Below, in pieces: positions 44,849-45,831 of a DNA stretch of 45,831 nt. The translations under genes were made by a program, and so were the position numbers. Positions within the stretch are counted from its first letter, which is position 1, and each line of letters opens with the position of its first letter. The DNA lies in the IMG/VR virus record IMGVR_UViG_3300045988_042777; one strand, written 5' to 3'. The notes under the pieces are model-generated. The model searched no databases, was not told the DNA's origin, and worked only from the letters and a program-made list of their open reading frames with translations. This DNA comes from a virus.

Positions 44849-44888
44849 AAAAAAGCCGGAGAGGGTCAAACCTCTCCGGCTTTTTTTT
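44849..44888. terminator. Bidirectional rho-independent terminator
   Basis: A6, then stem gccggagagg / cctctccggc (perfect 10 bp, loop gtcaaa), then T8. It lies between convergent genes. Confidence 0.85.
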
Positions 44889-44895
44889 ATTCTCT

Positions 44896-45291
44896 TTACA
44901 GGGTATAGTCCCCGGCGGCTGCCCCGATCTGAGCGGACAACGCCCGAAAAGCATCTCCGGTTTTGGGCTCAAGATACCAAAAAGCCAGCATCCGCTCCCC
45001 ATCCTGGGCGGTGTAATGGAACACGGCAAACCACTTGACGGCCTTGCCATGCGCTGTGGTGGCCGCCGTGCCGTGATACCGGGCCATGAAATTGCGCTCT
45101 GGCATCATTTCAAGGCCGGTCACCTTTTCCAGCGGGAGCGTGGCAGCTGGGCCATTTACCTGCTGGAACACCAGCCCGGCCTCAGTCTGCTCCATAAAAC
45201 ACGGGCCATCCTGGGAAAAGCCTCTCAGGCCCTCATAGTGCATCATGCGGACCCCTGCGGGGAGGTCCTTTTTCTTTTTGCCAAACAACAT
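44896..45291 (-). CDS. Hypothetical protein; the only minus-strand gene (moron / lysogeny-expressed candidate)
   Basis: AAGGAGG RBS lies 9 nt before the ATG whose first base is at 45291 on the complement (MLFGKKKKDLPAG...). It has its own promoter and terminator. Confidence 0.65.
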   Translation of the reverse strand: MLFGKKKKDLPAGVRMMHYEGLRGFSQDGPCFMEQTEAGLVFQQVNGPAATLPLEKVTGLEMMPERNFMARYHGTAATTAHGKAVKWFAVFHYTAQDGERMLAFWYLEPKTGDAFRALSAQIGAAAGDYTL

Positions 45292-45316
45292 GTGGCATCG
45301 CCTCCTTTGTATCTCC

Positions 45317-45345
45317 ATTGTAAGGTTAGGCCCTCATTGTGTCAA
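45317..45345 (-). promoter_or_regulatory. Strong sigma-A-type promoter for the minus-strand gene
   Basis: On the complement: TTGACA (45345-45340), 17-nt spacer, TACAAT (45322-45317). Confidence 0.65.
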
Positions 45346-45366
45346 GTATTGGAGCCTAAAATGACA

Positions 45367-45394
45367 ATGACATATCAAAAGAGCACAATATAAT
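45367..45394 (+). promoter_or_regulatory. Promoter for the second XRE gene, divergent from the minus-strand promoter
   Basis: ATGACA (45367-45372), 16-nt spacer, TATAAT (45389-45394). Confidence 0.5.
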
Positions 45395-45410
45395 TGACAT
45401 TATGGAGGTG

Positions 45411-45707
45411 ATGCTGGTGATAGCAGAACGGATAAAAGAACTCCGGCAGGCACGGGGCTGGACGCAAGCAGACCTTGCCCGGCGGTTGAACATAACCAGG
45501 AACGGCGTCAACTCCTGGGAGCAAGGGCTCTCTACGCCGTCCCCATCCTCTCTGGTTGACCTGGCCAAGCTGTTCTCTGTTTCAACGGACTATCTGCTGG
45601 GCATGGAGCCTTTACATACCGTGAATGTATCTGGCCTGGATGAGCGGGATGTGGCCATCCTTGCGGAACTGGCGGACCGGCTACGGAAAAGCAAGACAGA
45701 GGACTAA
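45411..45707 (+). CDS. XRE-family helix-turn-helix transcriptional regulator
   Basis: IKELRQARGWTQADLARRLNITRNGVNSWEQG HTH. GGAGGTG at 45404-45410; the start may be ATG 45411 or GTG 45417. Confidence 0.8.
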   Translation: MLVIAERIKELRQARGWTQADLARRLNITRNGVNSWEQGLSTPSPSSLVDLAKLFSVSTDYLLGMEPLHTVNVSGLDERDVAILAELADRLRKSKTED

Positions 45708-45712
45708 AAGAC

Positions 45713-45742
45713 GCCTGGAGCAATCCGGGCATCTTTTTTTTT
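45713..45742 (+). terminator. Rho-independent terminator
   Basis: Stem gcctgga / tccgggc (one G-U pair), loop gcaa, then atc followed by T9, which abuts the TTGACG -35 box. Confidence 0.6.
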
Positions 45743-45831
45743 CTTGACGATATACAACTAAAGTAGTATAATGAGGGCAACGGAGGTGAGCATGATGGAC
45801 ACCAAGAAAAACAGCAGACTGCAAAACACCC
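45733..45831. repeat. Terminal overlap copy 2, identical to 1-99
   Basis: Exact 99-nt repeat of the window start. It includes the promoter and the first codons of the XRE gene at 60-311. Confidence 0.9.

Overview
The window is one complete, circularly closed phage genome. Bases 1-99 are repeated exactly at 45733-45831, so the unit length is 45,732 bp. GC content is high and AAGGAGG-type ribosome-binding sites are strong, which suggests a Gram-positive (Clostridia-like) host; that host call is inference only. All supported genes except one lie on the + strand.

Gene order:
- Two small XRE regulators with their own promoters and terminators, followed by an IS30-family DDE transposase. This is the only recombinase I can find.
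- Early genes.
- A replication module: DUF2800-type nuclease, DUF2815-type SSB, family-A DNA polymerase, primase/VirE helicase, an iteron cluster, VRR-NUC nuclease and SNF2 helicase.
- A nucleotide and sulfur block: PP-loop PAPS-reductase-like protein, cysteine desulfurase, ThyX and a MazG-like protein.
- A late regulator, then terS, terL and portal.
- A MuF minor head protein with a C-terminal HExxH domain, followed by a small candidate immunity ORF.
- Scaffold, capsid and head-tail joining genes.
- A PBSX/Xkd-like contractile tail: sheath, tube, frameshifted chaperone, tape measure, LysM protein and baseplate.
- A diversity-generating retroelement (DGR).
- Lysis genes, then one minus-strand moron.

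The main result is the DGR. Its order is avd (38458-39006), TR (39065-39164), RT (39395-40432), then the target gene (40432-42243).
- VR1 (40896-40995) differs from TR at 15 positions, and all 15 are TR adenines.
- VR1 lies in the N-terminal third of the tail-fibre protein, upstream of two FN3 repeats, rather than at the C-terminus.
- A second TR-matching segment, VR2 (2822-2883), lies in a paralogous small early gene. It has 12 differences from TR, all at TR adenines, plus a 1-nt deletion that breaks the reading frame.

Family names come from motifs I recognised by eye. No database search was run.
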